This document shows positions 17,653-27,776 of a stretch of DNA of 64,000 nt, in pieces. Numbering within the stretch: position 1 is the first letter of the stretch; the number at the start of each line of letters is the position of its first letter. The position numbers were made by a program, and so were the translations under genes. The notes beneath the pieces were generated by a model that did no database searches, was not told the origin of the DNA, and worked only from the letters and a program-made list of their open reading frames with translations. This stretch comes from a candidate division WOR-3 bacterium (GTDB lineage: Bacteria > Hydrothermota > Tepidihabitantia > Tepidihabitantales > Tepidihabitantaceae), in contig CBFGJX010000012.1 of NCBI GenBank assembly GCA_965649225.1, positions 9,119-73,118 on the forward strand, in the 5' to 3' direction.

Positions 17653-18864
17653 CTAACGGGCCAGGGTCAGCTTGGCCGTGTGGCTGCTTTCGGCCGAACG
17701 GACATGCAGTAGATAGACACCGTTGTGCTGAAGCTGACCGGCGTTGTTGCAGCCGTCCCAGTTGAGCATGGAGGTTGGGGCTGTCTTGCCTGTCCAGAGG
17801 GTGCGGACGAGGTTGCCGGCGGCGTCGTAGATGGAGACCTCAACCGGACCGCGGAGGCCGGGACCCAAGGCAATCCGGGTGCCGGTCCGGAACGGGTTGG
17901 GGAAGATGCGCTGGATCGCCGGCGCCGGCGTGCGCTGGTTTTCGGCGATGCCGAGCAGACGGGTGCGCAGCGCGGCAGCTGAGTCGCAGTTCATCAGAAA
18001 GTCGGCGCGATTGATGCCGCCGAGCAAGGCGAAGTCGATACGCTGTGAGCCGCCGGCCGGCAGGTCAAACGGTCCCCAGGCGGCGACCGCCGACCAGTCG
18101 TATTCACGGTTGGACTGGCGCAGGCCATAAGTGCCGTTCAGAAAGCGGTACTTGATTCCCTCGCTGACGCCGGAATCGGGATAGACATAGATTTCGTGGT
18201 CAACCAGTGCCAGGTTGGAGAAGCCGTCGGGCGAGAGAATCTGGATGCCGACAGTCGGGTACTGGGCCGACTGGTTGGGTGACATCCAGACTGCCCGTCG
18301 GACGGTATCGGTGCCGCCGAAGTTGGCGTTGGCGGTAGCGATGTCGAAGTCGCACCAGATGCCGATGTACAGGCCGTTGACCGGCTCGCTGCCGGGGTTA
18401 CGGACTTCATAGAAGAAGAGCACGAAGTCCTTGTAACCGGAGTCGGGCGCAGCAACCGTGTACTGGGAAAGCTGCAGGCCTTTGGGCGAGGGGTGGCCGG
18501 CATCGCTCATCAGGCAGCTGTATTCCTGCAGGTTGTAACTGCTGACCCGCTGGAGGGATTCGACCGTCGCGAAGTCGGGATCGGCAGCGCCTTCGGTGTT
18601 GAAGAACCGGTCAACGATGTAGTTGGTGTCGTTGCCGACCAGCACCGCTCCGTGGTAGAGCAGCGCCGGGCCGGTTTTGGGGTATTTCATTCCGTTGCCG
18701 ATTGAATTGACATCGACATAGCCGATGCCACCGACACTGGTGACCGAGAGCAGGACCAGACCGGTATCGTGATTGGCCCACAGACCGCTGAGGGCGACCG
18801 GGGCGGCCCCGGCCGCGGCAACGGCGAGGGAACTGGCAACGGCGATCAGGACAACGGTTCTCAT
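17653..18864 (-). CDS. Secreted protein with a C-terminal FlgD-Ig/T9SS-type sorting domain
   Basis: Signal peptide; C-terminal IFPNPF...IYDAAGNLVRTL...WDG...GVY...KLTL; AAGGAGG SD. Confidence 0.82.
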   Translation of the reverse strand: MRTVVLIAVASSLAVAAAGAAPVALSGLWANHDTGLVLLSVTSVGGIGYVDVNSIGNGMKYPKTGPALLYHGAVLVGNDTNYIVDRFFNTEGAADPDFATVESLQRVSSYNLQEYSCLMSDAGHPSPKGLQLSQYTVAAPDSGYKDFVLFFYEVRNPGSEPVNGLYIGIWCDFDIATANANFGGTDTVRRAVWMSPNQSAQYPTVGIQILSPDGFSNLALVDHEIYVYPDSGVSEGIKYRFLNGTYGLRQSNREYDWSAVAAWGPFDLPAGGSQRIDFALLGGINRADFLMNCDSAAALRTRLLGIAENQRTPAPAIQRIFPNPFRTGTRIALGPGLRGPVEVSIYDAAGNLVRTLWTGKTAPTSMLNWDGCNNAGQLQHNGVYLLHVRSAESSHTAKLTLAR

Positions 18865-18895
18865 TCTGCCTCCTTTGGCATTTGATTATTGAAGT

Positions 18896-18923
18896 ATCGT
18901 AACTGCTGACGGGCGGTCGTCAA
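18896..18923 (-). promoter_or_regulatory. sigma70 promoter of the secreted protein gene
   Basis: TTGACG-N16-TACGAT. Confidence 0.65.
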
Positions 18924-18937
18924 TCTCCGTTCCAGGC

Positions 18938-18965
18938 TTGTCGGGCCGGGAGGAAGTGGTATGCT
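18938..18965 (+). promoter_or_regulatory. sigma70-type promoter of the ECF operon, leaderless
   Basis: TTGTCG-N16-TATGCT, 6 nt before ATG 18972. Confidence 0.55.
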
Positions 18966-18971
18966 GGATTG

Positions 18972-19571
18972 ATGGAGCCGCCGAAATCCGCCGGTACGCC
19001 GGGCAACCCGCTGCCGCCGCCGCCGTCTAAACCAGACGAACCTGTGGTGAACGAAGCAGTCCTGCCGGCGGAAACCTGTCGTTCCGACCTGGAGTCGGAG
19101 TTCGAGGCGCTTTACCGTGCTTACCGGGGCAAGGTATTTTCGACTGCGTGCCGGATGGTTTCGAATCGTGCCGATGCCGAGGACATAACTCAGGAAGTCT
19201 TTATCAAGGTTTTCCGGAAGCTGCATGATTTTCGTGGTGATGCCAAGGTTTCGACCTGGATTTACCGGATCACAGTCAATGCCTGCCTCGATTTCCGACG
19301 TCGGCGTCGGCGCCGCGAGGCCGTGTCACTGGACGACACACTGGAAGCTGGTTCGGTGCCGATGAGTGTCGGACGGTTGATTGAAAATGCGGTACCGGAT
19401 TTGCCGCCGGGCTGCCGTGAGGTATTCGTGTTGCACGACATTCAGGGTTTGAAGCATAACGAAATCGCCGAGGTGCTCGGGATCAGCGAGGGTGCCAGCA
19501 AGTCGCAACTGCATCGAGCCCGGGCTCACCTTCGGCGCAAACTGGAACCTTTTATTGACCGGGTGCGCTAG
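18972..19571 (+). CDS. ECF-family RNA polymerase sigma factor
   Basis: DAEDITQEVF, STWIYRITVN, LP...REVFVL, EIAEVLGISEGASKSQLHRAR. Confidence 0.94.
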   Translation: MEPPKSAGTPGNPLPPPPSKPDEPVVNEAVLPAETCRSDLESEFEALYRAYRGKVFSTACRMVSNRADAEDITQEVFIKVFRKLHDFRGDAKVSTWIYRITVNACLDFRRRRRRREAVSLDDTLEAGSVPMSVGRLIENAVPDLPPGCREVFVLHDIQGLKHNEIAEVLGISEGASKSQLHRARAHLRRKLEPFIDRVR

Positions 19572-19586
19572 ACGAAAGGTAATTGA

Positions 19587-20111
19587 ATGAAACATCCCAG
19601 TGATGAAGAATTGAGCGCGGCGCTGGAAAACGAGCCGGCACCGGGCGTCGCCGAGCACGTTGGCGAGTGCCGGCAGTGCCAGGTGATTCTGGAGCAGCTG
19701 CGCCTTCTGCGGGCGGCAGCAAACAGCCTTGAGCCAATCGAACCACCAGCTTCGCTTGATGCCGCCGTGCGGCGCGCGGTCAGCCGCGTGCCGTTCCGAC
19801 ATCCGGGCTGGCTGCGCTGGGCATGGGCCCCGGCAGCGGTGGCAGTGCTGGTTGTTGTTGCGCTGCTGATCGGTCGGTGGGAAAAGCCGGAGTCGGTCCG
19901 GACCGCAGCACGACCAGCGGTTCCTGCCGGACAGGCCGAACTGGTGGCGGCGGATATCGAGGCTTATCTTGCCGGCCTGGATCAGGCGGTTGAGGAGTGC
20001 GCCCGGGCGCTGGCCGAGAACCCGGGCAATGACCGGGTACGCGCGGCTTGGACTGCAGCCCGCACCAGTCGCAGCGAGGCATACGACCGGTTTGTCTCGT
20101 GGGGGGATTGA
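19587..20111 (+). CDS. Zinc-finger (ZAS/zf-HC2) anti-sigma factor
   Basis: H...HVGECRQC motif, one TM helix, directly after the ECF sigma gene. Confidence 0.85.
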   Translation: MKHPSDEELSAALENEPAPGVAEHVGECRQCQVILEQLRLLRAAANSLEPIEPPASLDAAVRRAVSRVPFRHPGWLRWAWAPAAVAVLVVVALLIGRWEKPESVRTAARPAVPAGQAELVAADIEAYLAGLDQAVEECARALAENPGNDRVRAAWTAARTSRSEAYDRFVSWGD

Positions 20112-21073
20112 TGCGGGCGCTGGTGTGTTTTCTGTCGGCGGTTGTGGCAGTTTCCGCCCGGGCCGCGGTGGTGAGCCGGACGATCGAACGCTGGTTGCCG
20201 GCGACGACCGCGGTTGCAGTCGTTCACCGTTACGGCGATGTCAACGTGACCGGGGCGGAAATCGACAGTATCAGGGTAACGGCGCTGGTTCGGGTCGCGG
20301 CGGGTGATAATGCCACGGCGAAGCTTTTTGCGGACCAGGTCAGGCTTGCCGGCGTTACAAACGGTGATTCCACCGTTGTGCGGGTGGTGTGGCCGCCGGT
20401 GAAGGTGCGTGATTCCGGACTGGCCTATGCCGCCGAGATTGCGGTGACTGTTCCGGCAAGAACCGGCGTGGTGGTGAGTAATGCCTTTGGTGATGTCCGG
20501 GCTGAGGGTGTTGACGGCCGGGTGCGGTTGGAGAACCGTTACGGTGACATTGAGGCTGTGCGGCTGAACGACTGTGCGATTGCCAGTCGCTACGGCCGAG
20601 TCCGGGTCGAGGGTAACCGGGGCCGACTGGCGGTCAACAGCAGTTTTGGCGATGTTCGACTGATCGGTGGCGACGATACGGTCACGGTCGACAATCGCTA
20701 CGGTTCAGTCGAAGTCCGGGGCAGCAGATCTCATGCCCAGGTTGCCAACCGCTGGGGCGGGGTACTGGTGGTTCCCCACGGTGGCGCGGTGCGGGTTGAC
20801 AATCACTACGGCGACGTTGAGGCCGAGATAAGCCGGGCCGAAGTCGCAACACTGGAGCTTGCGGCGCTGGCTGGTGACGTGCGGCTGATGCTGGCCCGAA
20901 GTCTGCCCTTTTCGCTGCACGGGGTGTCTGAGAACGGAACAGCCCGGGTTGATCGGCCGTTGGCGATTGATGGCCAGGGTTCGCACCGGGTCGTCAGTGG
21001 GCGGCTGGGTGACGGCGGGCCGCTGATTGAGGTCCGGGCAGTGGGAGGCGACATTGAGGTGGACCGGCGGTGA
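20111..21073 (+). CDS. Exported DUF4097-like beta-strand repeat protein
   Basis: Signal peptide; repeated (N/S)x(Y/F)GDV units; ATG overlaps the upstream TGA. Confidence 0.75.
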   Translation: MRALVCFLSAVVAVSARAAVVSRTIERWLPATTAVAVVHRYGDVNVTGAEIDSIRVTALVRVAAGDNATAKLFADQVRLAGVTNGDSTVVRVVWPPVKVRDSGLAYAAEIAVTVPARTGVVVSNAFGDVRAEGVDGRVRLENRYGDIEAVRLNDCAIASRYGRVRVEGNRGRLAVNSSFGDVRLIGGDDTVTVDNRYGSVEVRGSRSHAQVANRWGGVLVVPHGGAVRVDNHYGDVEAEISRAEVATLELAALAGDVRLMLARSLPFSLHGVSENGTARVDRPLAIDGQGSHRVVSGRLGDGGPLIEVRAVGGDIEVDRR

Positions 21074-21116
21074 CGCCGCTGCCGAGCGGGAAAAGGGCAG
21101 TGATGTGTGAGGTGAG

Positions 21117-21701
21117 ATGATGATGAACAGAATAATCCTGGCCGGAGCGGTACTGGCTGCAACCGCGGTTGCGGTCCCGGCTGACAGCGTTCCGACGGAA
21201 CAGATTGGCTGGCTTGGAGTTCATACCGAGACGCTCACCGAACCGATGCTGGTAGCGCTGGATATCGAACACGGGGTCATTGTCACGGACGTGATGGAGG
21301 GTTCGCCGGCCGCCGCGGCGGGAATCAAAGTCGGTGATGTGCTGATGAGGATCGACGAGGAGCAGATCAGCAGCAGCAGTGAGCTGCGGGCGGCGGTGCG
21401 GTCACGGCCGGGCCGGTCGGTGAGAATCTCTCTCCGGCGCCGCGGTCGGGAGCGGGTGGTGAATCTGAAACTGGGTCAACGGAGCCGGGCCGAGGTGATG
21501 ACCGAGGCCGGGTTCGACTGGCCCGGGGTATCGCTGGAAGCAATGCGCAGCGCCCGACAGCTGCTCAGGGATGCTGGTTCCAGCGCAACGACACTGGGGC
21601 TGGCGGCATCGGCCGAAGTGCTGGATTCGCTGCGTGCCGAGCTGGAGGAGGTACGGGCGGAATTGCGGGAGCTTCGGCGCCGCCTGGGCGAGGACAAGTA
21701 G
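21117..21701 (+). CDS. Exported PDZ-domain protein with a C-terminal coiled coil
   Basis: Signal peptide, GWLGV, GVIVTDV.EGSPAAAAGIKVGDV; no protease domain. Confidence 0.85.
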   Translation: MMMNRIILAGAVLAATAVAVPADSVPTEQIGWLGVHTETLTEPMLVALDIEHGVIVTDVMEGSPAAAAGIKVGDVLMRIDEEQISSSSELRAAVRSRPGRSVRISLRRRGRERVVNLKLGQRSRAEVMTEAGFDWPGVSLEAMRSARQLLRDAGSSATTLGLAASAEVLDSLRAELEEVRAELRELRRRLGEDK

Positions 21702-21741
21702 AGTTCAGACCAGCCGGTTTTTTCGCAACGGTGCCGCCGGT

Positions 21742-21769
21742 TTGACCGGCGGCATCGTTCGGCTAGAGT
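21742..21769 (+). promoter_or_regulatory. sigma70 promoter, leaderless transcript, embedded in an inverted repeat
   Basis: TTGACC-N16-TAGAGT, 7 nt before ATG 21777. Confidence 0.6.
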
Positions 21770-21776
21770 GTCGGGC

Positions 21777-22943
21777 ATGACCGAGCGGCTGAAGGTGGCC
21801 GTTGTCACCGACGCTTTTCCGCCCGCAGTGGGCGGAGTGGAGAATCACACCCTCAATCTGGCACGGGGCCTGGTGCGGTCGGGCTGTGAAGTGACCGTGA
21901 TTACCCATCAGATTGCCGGGAAGTGGCGTTTCAAGAACAGCGGCGAGGACGGGCGTGATGGTTTCCGACTTGTCCGGCTGGATGGGGCGGTGCTGGTGTA
22001 TCGGGACCACGATATCGCCGTTGACCCGCGGCTGGTGTTACGCTGCCGACGGCTGCTGCAGCAGGAACGATTCGATATCGTTCACGGCCAGGGTGAAGCT
22101 TCGCTGCTGGTCTATGGCGCGCTGTTGCTGGCTCGTCAGCAGGGTATCCCGACGGTTCTCACCCGGCATTCGTTGTTGCGGCTGAAGCCGCCGGCAGCGC
22201 GGCCGCTGGTGAATTTGCTGACCCGGCTGCTGCTGCCGCTGGCTGATGGGGTTATCAGTGTCAGTGATGACTGTGCTGAAGAGACGGCCTGGTTTGGAAA
22301 GCCGCAGACGGTGATACCAAACGGGGTTGACCTGGAACTTTTCCGGCCTGCGGCCGATACCAGAGTAGCCGAGCGGAGACGTCTCGGTCTGGATCCAGAT
22401 TCGGTTGTCATCGGCTATGTTGGACGACTGCACCGGCGCAAGGGTGTTGGCGAGCTGGCTGATCTTGCCCAAAGGCTGAGGGTTGAAATGCCGCAGGTTC
22501 GGCTGGTGGTTGCCGGCCCCGGTCCGTTACGAAGACAGCTCGAACAGAAAGCTGACAGCGACAACGGGATTATCGTGCTTGACCCGGTTGATGAGGCCGG
22601 GGTCGCACGATTGCTGTCGGCGCTGGATGTATTTGTCTGTCTCAGTGCTGGCGAGTCTTTCGGTCTGGCAGTGCTGGAGGCGATGGCCAGCGGCCTGCCC
22701 GTGGTTGCACTGCGACGCTGGGGGGTGCGTCGGCTGGTACAGGACGGGGTGACCGGCTGGCTGGTTCGGGATTATGCTGAGGCCCGAACACGACTGGCGG
22801 CGTTGTGTGCCGATGCCGGCCTGCGCCGGGCGATGGGCAGTGCGGGACGGAGAGCAGCTTTGCAGTACGGATGGGATACCGTGATTGACAGGACGAAGGC
22901 GTTCTATCGCGAGGTCGGGTTGGCGGCGCAACATACTGATTAG
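21777..22943 (+). CDS. Family 4 glycosyltransferase (PigA-like N-terminus)
   Basis: FPPAVGGVENH, IPNGVD, GRL...KG, ESFGLAVLEAMASG. Confidence 0.9.
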   Translation: MTERLKVAVVTDAFPPAVGGVENHTLNLARGLVRSGCEVTVITHQIAGKWRFKNSGEDGRDGFRLVRLDGAVLVYRDHDIAVDPRLVLRCRRLLQQERFDIVHGQGEASLLVYGALLLARQQGIPTVLTRHSLLRLKPPAARPLVNLLTRLLLPLADGVISVSDDCAEETAWFGKPQTVIPNGVDLELFRPAADTRVAERRRLGLDPDSVVIGYVGRLHRRKGVGELADLAQRLRVEMPQVRLVVAGPGPLRRQLEQKADSDNGIIVLDPVDEAGVARLLSALDVFVCLSAGESFGLAVLEAMASGLPVVALRRWGVRRLVQDGVTGWLVRDYAEARTRLAALCADAGLRRAMGSAGRRAALQYGWDTVIDRTKAFYREVGLAAQHTD

Positions 22944-23032
22944 TTATAAGTTAGGCGACGAGACCATCAATCCACCGTTGCCACGTCGGTGAATCCTGAG
23001 CCGGTTACGGCTGTCTAAGTAAAAGAGTGACA

Positions 23033-23575
23033 ATGAGTAAGCCGGACAAAAAAGGCCCGGTTACAGCTTTGACTGAACAGTTTGATGCCCTCAGTTCTGA
23101 GTGTGCCAGACTGAGGGATGCTCATGTCCGGGCACTGGCCGACTTTGATAACTATCGGCGTCGGGTGGAACGTGACCTGGAAGTCAGTCGCCGGGCAATG
23201 CTTGAGGCGCTGATGCTGGACATCGTGCCGGTAATGGACAACTTCGGTCGTGCGATTGCCGCGGCTCAGTCCGCAAGCGGGGTTGATGCAGTCGTGAAGG
23301 GACTGGAGCTGATAAGGCGTCAGCTGGCCGAAGCACTGGCTCGGCACGGCCTCTGCGAGTATTCGTGCCTTGGTGCCGAGTTTGACCCGCGCCGGGCCGA
23401 AGCGATTGGTTTTGTCGAATCGGACCAGCATCAGCCAAACACGGTGGTCGAGGAGGAATGCCCGGGCTATTCCTGTGGGGACCGGGTGTTGCGGCCGGCA
23501 CGGGTGGTCGTTACCCGTGCGCTGGCAAAGAATGAAAAGTCGGTGACTGAAGGGGATGAGCAGAAAAAGAATTAG
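23033..23575 (+). CDS. grpE: Nucleotide exchange factor GrpE
   Basis: ADFDNYRRR, DNFGRA, FDP, GY...RVLRPARVVV; upstream of dnaK. Confidence 0.93.
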   Translation: MSKPDKKGPVTALTEQFDALSSECARLRDAHVRALADFDNYRRRVERDLEVSRRAMLEALMLDIVPVMDNFGRAIAAAQSASGVDAVVKGLELIRRQLAEALARHGLCEYSCLGAEFDPRRAEAIGFVESDQHQPNTVVEEECPGYSCGDRVLRPARVVVTRALAKNEKSVTEGDEQKKN

Positions 23576-23621
23576 TCGGGCGTGCGGCACGAGATGCCCC
23601 GTCAGGCAAAGGAGGATGTGA

Positions 23622-25517
23622 ATGGCCAAGGTTATTGGTATTGATCTGGGTACGACCTTTTCCTGCGTCGCGGTAATGGAACGCGGTCAGCCGGTCGTTA
23701 TCCCCAACCCGGAGGGCGGGCGGACGACACCGTCGGTGGTTGCTTTCGGCAAGGAAAGACTGGTCGGCACGCTGGCAAAGCGCCAAGCGGTAATCAACCC
23801 GGAAACAACGATCTACTCTATCAAGCGCTTCATGGGTCGACGTTACGATGAAGCGACGGAAGAAATCAAGCGGGTTCCGTTCCGCGTCGTCCCTTCGGCA
23901 AATGGCGACGCCTGGGTTGAAGTTGAAGGAAAGCAGCACTCACCGCCGGAAGTGTCGGCGATGATCCTGCAGTATCTCAAGAAGGCGGCCGAAGCCTATC
24001 TGGGCGAAGCGGTCACCAAGGCGGTGATTACCGTCCCGGCCTACTTCAATGATTCCCAGCGTCAGGCCACCAAGGATGCGGGCCGAATCGCCGGACTCGA
24101 CGTGCTGCGCATCATCAACGAGCCGACAGCCGCGGCACTGGCTTACGGACTGGACAAGAAGAAGTCCGAGCGAATCGCAATCTACGACCTCGGCGGTGGT
24201 ACTTTCGACATCTCGGTGCTGGAAATCGGTGAGGGTGTCTTCGAGGTGAAGTCGACCAATGGTGACACTCACCTGGGTGGTGATGATTTCGATCAGCGGG
24301 TGATGGACTGGATCATCAGCGAGTTCCGGCGCGAACACGGTATTGACCTTTCGCAGGACAAGACCGCTCTGCAGCGGATCAAGGAAGCGGCCGAGAAGGC
24401 CAAGTGCGAGCTCTCGACGTCACTGGAGACGACGATTAATCTGCCTTTCATCTGGGCCGACAAGGACAAGGGACCGCTGCATATCGATTATCGACTCACC
24501 CGGGCGAAGCTCGAGTCGCTGGTGGAGGATCTGATTCAGCGTTCATTCGGGCCAGTGAAGCAGGCTCTGACCGACGCCAAGGTCACGCCGCGCGACATTG
24601 ACGAGGTGATTCTGGTCGGTGGTCAAACCAGAATGCCGCGGGTACAGCAACTGGTGCGTGAATTCTTCGGCAAGGAGCCGCACAAGGGGCTGAATCCGGA
24701 CGAAGTAGTCGCAATCGGCGCAGCGATTCAGGGCGCGGTGCTGGCCGGTGAGGTCAAGGATGTGGTGCTGCTCGACGTGACGCCGCTTTCACTGGGCATT
24801 GAGACACTCGGTGGTGTGATGACCAAGATCATCGAGCGCAACACGACCATTCCGACCCGCAAGAGCCAGATTTTTACCACTGCCGAAGACAACCAGCCCG
24901 GAGTGAGCGTACATGTTCTGCAGGGCGAACGGGAGCTGGCTGCCGACAACCGGACACTGGGTCGCTTTGAACTGACCGGCATCCCACCGGCACCGCGCGG
25001 GATTCCGCAGATTGAGGTAACGTTCGACATCGATGCTGACGGCATTCTGCACGTTACGGCAAAGGACAAGGCAACCGGCAAGGAACAGAGTATCCGTATT
25101 ACGGCTTCGTCCGGTCTGTCCAAGGAAGAGGTTGACCGAATGGTCGCGGAAGCGCAGGCACACGCCTTGGAGGACCGGCGTCGACGTGAGCTTGTTGACA
25201 GCCGCAACCGTGCGGATACGCTTATCTACCAGACTGAGAAAACGCTTAAGGAGTTCGGTGACCGTGTATCGGCCGACGACCGTCGTCGGATTGATGAGGC
25301 CGTTGCGGCGCTGCGCACTGCGATGAAAGGTGAAGACAAGGCGGCGATTGATTCGGCGGTTGAAGCCCTGCAGAAGGTCAGCTACAAACTTGCCGAGGAG
25401 ATGTATCGCCAGAAGGAAGCCGGCGCGCAGGCCGGAGGTGGAACAGCTGGTCCGGGGCCGGATACGGGAAAGAAGGTCGACGCCGACTATACAGTTATCG
25501 ACGAAGAGAAGAAATAA
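23622..25517 (+). CDS. dnaK: Chaperone DnaK
   Basis: [37 protein letters not shown]. Confidence 0.99.
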   Translation: MAKVIGIDLGTTFSCVAVMERGQPVVIPNPEGGRTTPSVVAFGKERLVGTLAKRQAVINPETTIYSIKRFMGRRYDEATEEIKRVPFRVVPSANGDAWVEVEGKQHSPPEVSAMILQYLKKAAEAYLGEAVTKAVITVPAYFNDSQRQATKDAGRIAGLDVLRIINEPTAAALAYGLDKKKSERIAIYDLGGGTFDISVLEIGEGVFEVKSTNGDTHLGGDDFDQRVMDWIISEFRREHGIDLSQDKTALQRIKEAAEKAKCELSTSLETTINLPFIWADKDKGPLHIDYRLTRAKLESLVEDLIQRSFGPVKQALTDAKVTPRDIDEVILVGGQTRMPRVQQLVREFFGKEPHKGLNPDEVVAIGAAIQGAVLAGEVKDVVLLDVTPLSLGIETLGGVMTKIIERNTTIPTRKSQIFTTAEDNQPGVSVHVLQGERELAADNRTLGRFELTGIPPAPRGIPQIEVTFDIDADGILHVTAKDKATGKEQSIRITASSGLSKEEVDRMVAEAQAHALEDRRRRELVDSRNRADTLIYQTEKTLKEFGDRVSADDRRRIDEAVAALRTAMKGEDKAAIDSAVEALQKVSYKLAEEMYRQKEAGAQAGGGTAGPGPDTGKKVDADYTVIDEEKK

Positions 25518-25661
25518 ACGACGCAGTTCGCTGTCGAGCAACAGTGGCAGACGCCGGAGCGGTCCGGCGTCGGCTGTTGCGCTGACTTGGACGCAGGACT
25601 GCCGACTCGGTCCTGCGGCGGGGCTGCAGGTTTTGCGATCAGTTCTGAACGGTGAAAACTG

Positions 25662-26795
25662 ATGCCGGCAACGAAACGAGACTACTATGATGTCCTGGGC
25701 GTGAGCCGTAACGCGACGGCCGACGAAATCAAGGCCGCTTACCGTCGGCTGGCCAAGGAGTATCATCCGGACCGTAACCCGAACGACCGGGCCGGTGCCG
25801 AGGAACGGTTCAAGGAGCTCTGTGAAGCTTACGAGGTCCTGGCCGACGAGAATAAGCGACGGCTCTATGATCAGTATGGCCACGAGGGTGTCGCACGTCA
25901 GTTTGGCCCGGGTGGGTTTGATCCTTCACGGCATTTCACACACACCGATGACCTGGGTGATCTTTTTGGAGACTTGTTCGGTGGTCTCGGTGGTGGCAGT
26001 TTCTTTGACCTGCTGTTCGGGGGCGGCAGCAGCAGCCGGGGACGGACAGTTCGGCGTGGCGGCAACATCCGCATCCGGCTTCAGCTCAGCCTGGAAGACA
26101 TTGCCGAATCGGCAACAAAAGAAATCAGCTTCGGCCGCTGGGAGGCCTGCTCTGATTGCTCCGGCCGCGGTGGCAGCGGGGTAATGACCTGCCGGACCTG
26201 CGGTGGCACCGGACAGATCCGTCAGTCGGCTGGAACGGTTTTTGGTCGGTTTGTTTCGGTCGCTGATTGCCCGGACTGCGGCGGTACCGGGCGGCTCGTC
26301 CGGGAACGCTGTTCCAACTGCGGTGGCAGCGGTCGGGTAAAACGCACCCGGACATTGAAAGTGAGGATACCAGCCGGAATCAGTGCCAGTAACTACATGA
26401 CGCTCGAGGGCGAGGGGCACTGGGGACCGGACGGTACCGGCTCGGTGATAGTCGAGATTGAGGAAAAACCGCATCCGCTTTTTCTGCGTCAGGGTGACGA
26501 TATCGTCGTTGAATTGCCAGTGAGCTACGGTCTGGCTGCCCGGGGGGGCAGGGCAAAAGTGCCGACCCTCAAAGGCGAGCGGGAAATCGAGATTCCGGGC
26601 GGAACCCAGTCCGGCACTGTATTGCGGATGCGGGGAGCGGGAATGCCGCGGCTGGAGGGTGGTCGGGGTGACCAGCTGGTGCGGGTGGTTGTTTTCGTGC
26701 CGACTCGACTGTCACGGGAAGAAAAGCGATTGCTCGATCAGCTTGAGCGGGAACGAAGTGAGCCGGTTCCCGGGCCGAGGCGGCCGGAAGAATGA
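25662..26795 (+). CDS. dnaJ: Chaperone DnaJ
   Basis: J-domain HPD, G/F region, four CxxCxGxG repeats. Confidence 0.97.
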   Translation: MPATKRDYYDVLGVSRNATADEIKAAYRRLAKEYHPDRNPNDRAGAEERFKELCEAYEVLADENKRRLYDQYGHEGVARQFGPGGFDPSRHFTHTDDLGDLFGDLFGGLGGGSFFDLLFGGGSSSRGRTVRRGGNIRIRLQLSLEDIAESATKEISFGRWEACSDCSGRGGSGVMTCRTCGGTGQIRQSAGTVFGRFVSVADCPDCGGTGRLVRERCSNCGGSGRVKRTRTLKVRIPAGISASNYMTLEGEGHWGPDGTGSVIVEIEEKPHPLFLRQGDDIVVELPVSYGLAARGGRAKVPTLKGEREIEIPGGTQSGTVLRMRGAGMPRLEGGRGDQLVRVVVFVPTRLSREEKRLLDQLERERSEPVPGPRRPEE

Positions 26796-27520
26796 CCGAG
26801 CTCTACTGCGGTAAGCCTGTCGCCGGCGGCCGGTTTGTTTTTTCGGCTGAAGAGGCACAGCATATCCGGCGGGTGATGCGGCACCGGCGTGGAGACCGGG
26901 TGCTGGCAACTGACCTTGCCGGCAATGAATACGATGTCGAGCTGGAGACGGTTACTGCCCGCGCAGTGGAGGGCCGGGTACTGGGCAGCAGGACTGGCGG
27001 CCGGGAGCCGACGCGCCGGCTGACTTTGGCGTTGGCAGTGTTGAAGGGCGATCACTTCTACCAGGCCTGCGGTCAGGCAACCGAGCTGGGCATCAGCGAG
27101 TTTCTGCCGGTCGTGACCGAAAGAACGCTGGGGCGATACGGCCCGGGTCGGGCGGAGCGGTTGCGGCGGGTAGCGCTGGCTGCGGTCAAGTCGTCGATGC
27201 GGAGCCGGCTTCCGGAGATTCCGGACCAGGCGGTCACCCTTGACGAGCTGATTCAACGCATCTGCCGCTACGGGCAGGCGCTTTTTGCCTGGGAGGAATG
27301 CACTGGTCCGGGTCTGGCCGCTCGGCTGGACCGCGAAGTCAGGTCGCTGTTGATACTGGTCGGGCCGGAAGGTGGCTTTACCGTGCCCGAGGCAGAACGG
27401 CTGGAACGGGCGGGATTCGGCCCGTTCAGCCTGGGTTCGCGACGGCTCAGGGCTGAGACCGCCGCAGCGGCGGTGGTTGCGGTCGGCCTCGAGCTGCTCG
27501 GTGAATTGGGACCGGAGTAA
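26792..27520 (+). CDS. rsmE: 16S rRNA m3U1498 methyltransferase
   Basis: HIRRVMR, ATELG, VGPEGGF, LRAETAA. Confidence 0.93.
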   Translation: MTELYCGKPVAGGRFVFSAEEAQHIRRVMRHRRGDRVLATDLAGNEYDVELETVTARAVEGRVLGSRTGGREPTRRLTLALAVLKGDHFYQACGQATELGISEFLPVVTERTLGRYGPGRAERLRRVALAAVKSSMRSRLPEIPDQAVTLDELIQRICRYGQALFAWEECTGPGLAARLDREVRSLLILVGPEGGFTVPEAERLERAGFGPFSLGSRRLRAETAAAAVVAVGLELLGELGPE

Positions 27521-27554
27521 TTGTTTGACCAGCGAAAGGAGGTGTCAGCGCTCA

Positions 27555-27752
27555 ATGGTCGGTATTGTTGTTAAAGAGGGTGAACCCTACGAGAGCTTCA
27601 TCCGCCGGTTTCGCCGTGCCTGCGAAAACGCCGGGATTCTGCGCGAGGTGAAGCGACGCGAGTACTACGAGAAGCCGAGCGAAAAGCGCAAGCGGCGTGA
27701 AGCCGAGGCGCGGCGTCGAGCTTTCCGTCGTCGCACTACAGAGAGTTACTAA
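27555..27752 (+). CDS. rpsU: 30S ribosomal protein S21
   Basis: MVGIVVKEGE...RRF...GIL.E.KRREYYEKPS; AAGGAGG SD; start 27555. Confidence 0.95.
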   Translation: MVGIVVKEGEPYESFIRRFRRACENAGILREVKRREYYEKPSEKRKRREAEARRRAFRRRTTESY

Positions 27753-27776
27753 CCGGCACGAGTCCGGGCCGAAGTC

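Noticed and set aside
22944..23032. Possible CIRCE operator or RNA thermometer before grpE
   Set aside because: No TTAGCACTC-N9-GAGTGCTAA; only weak TTAGGCG/TGTCTAA pairing
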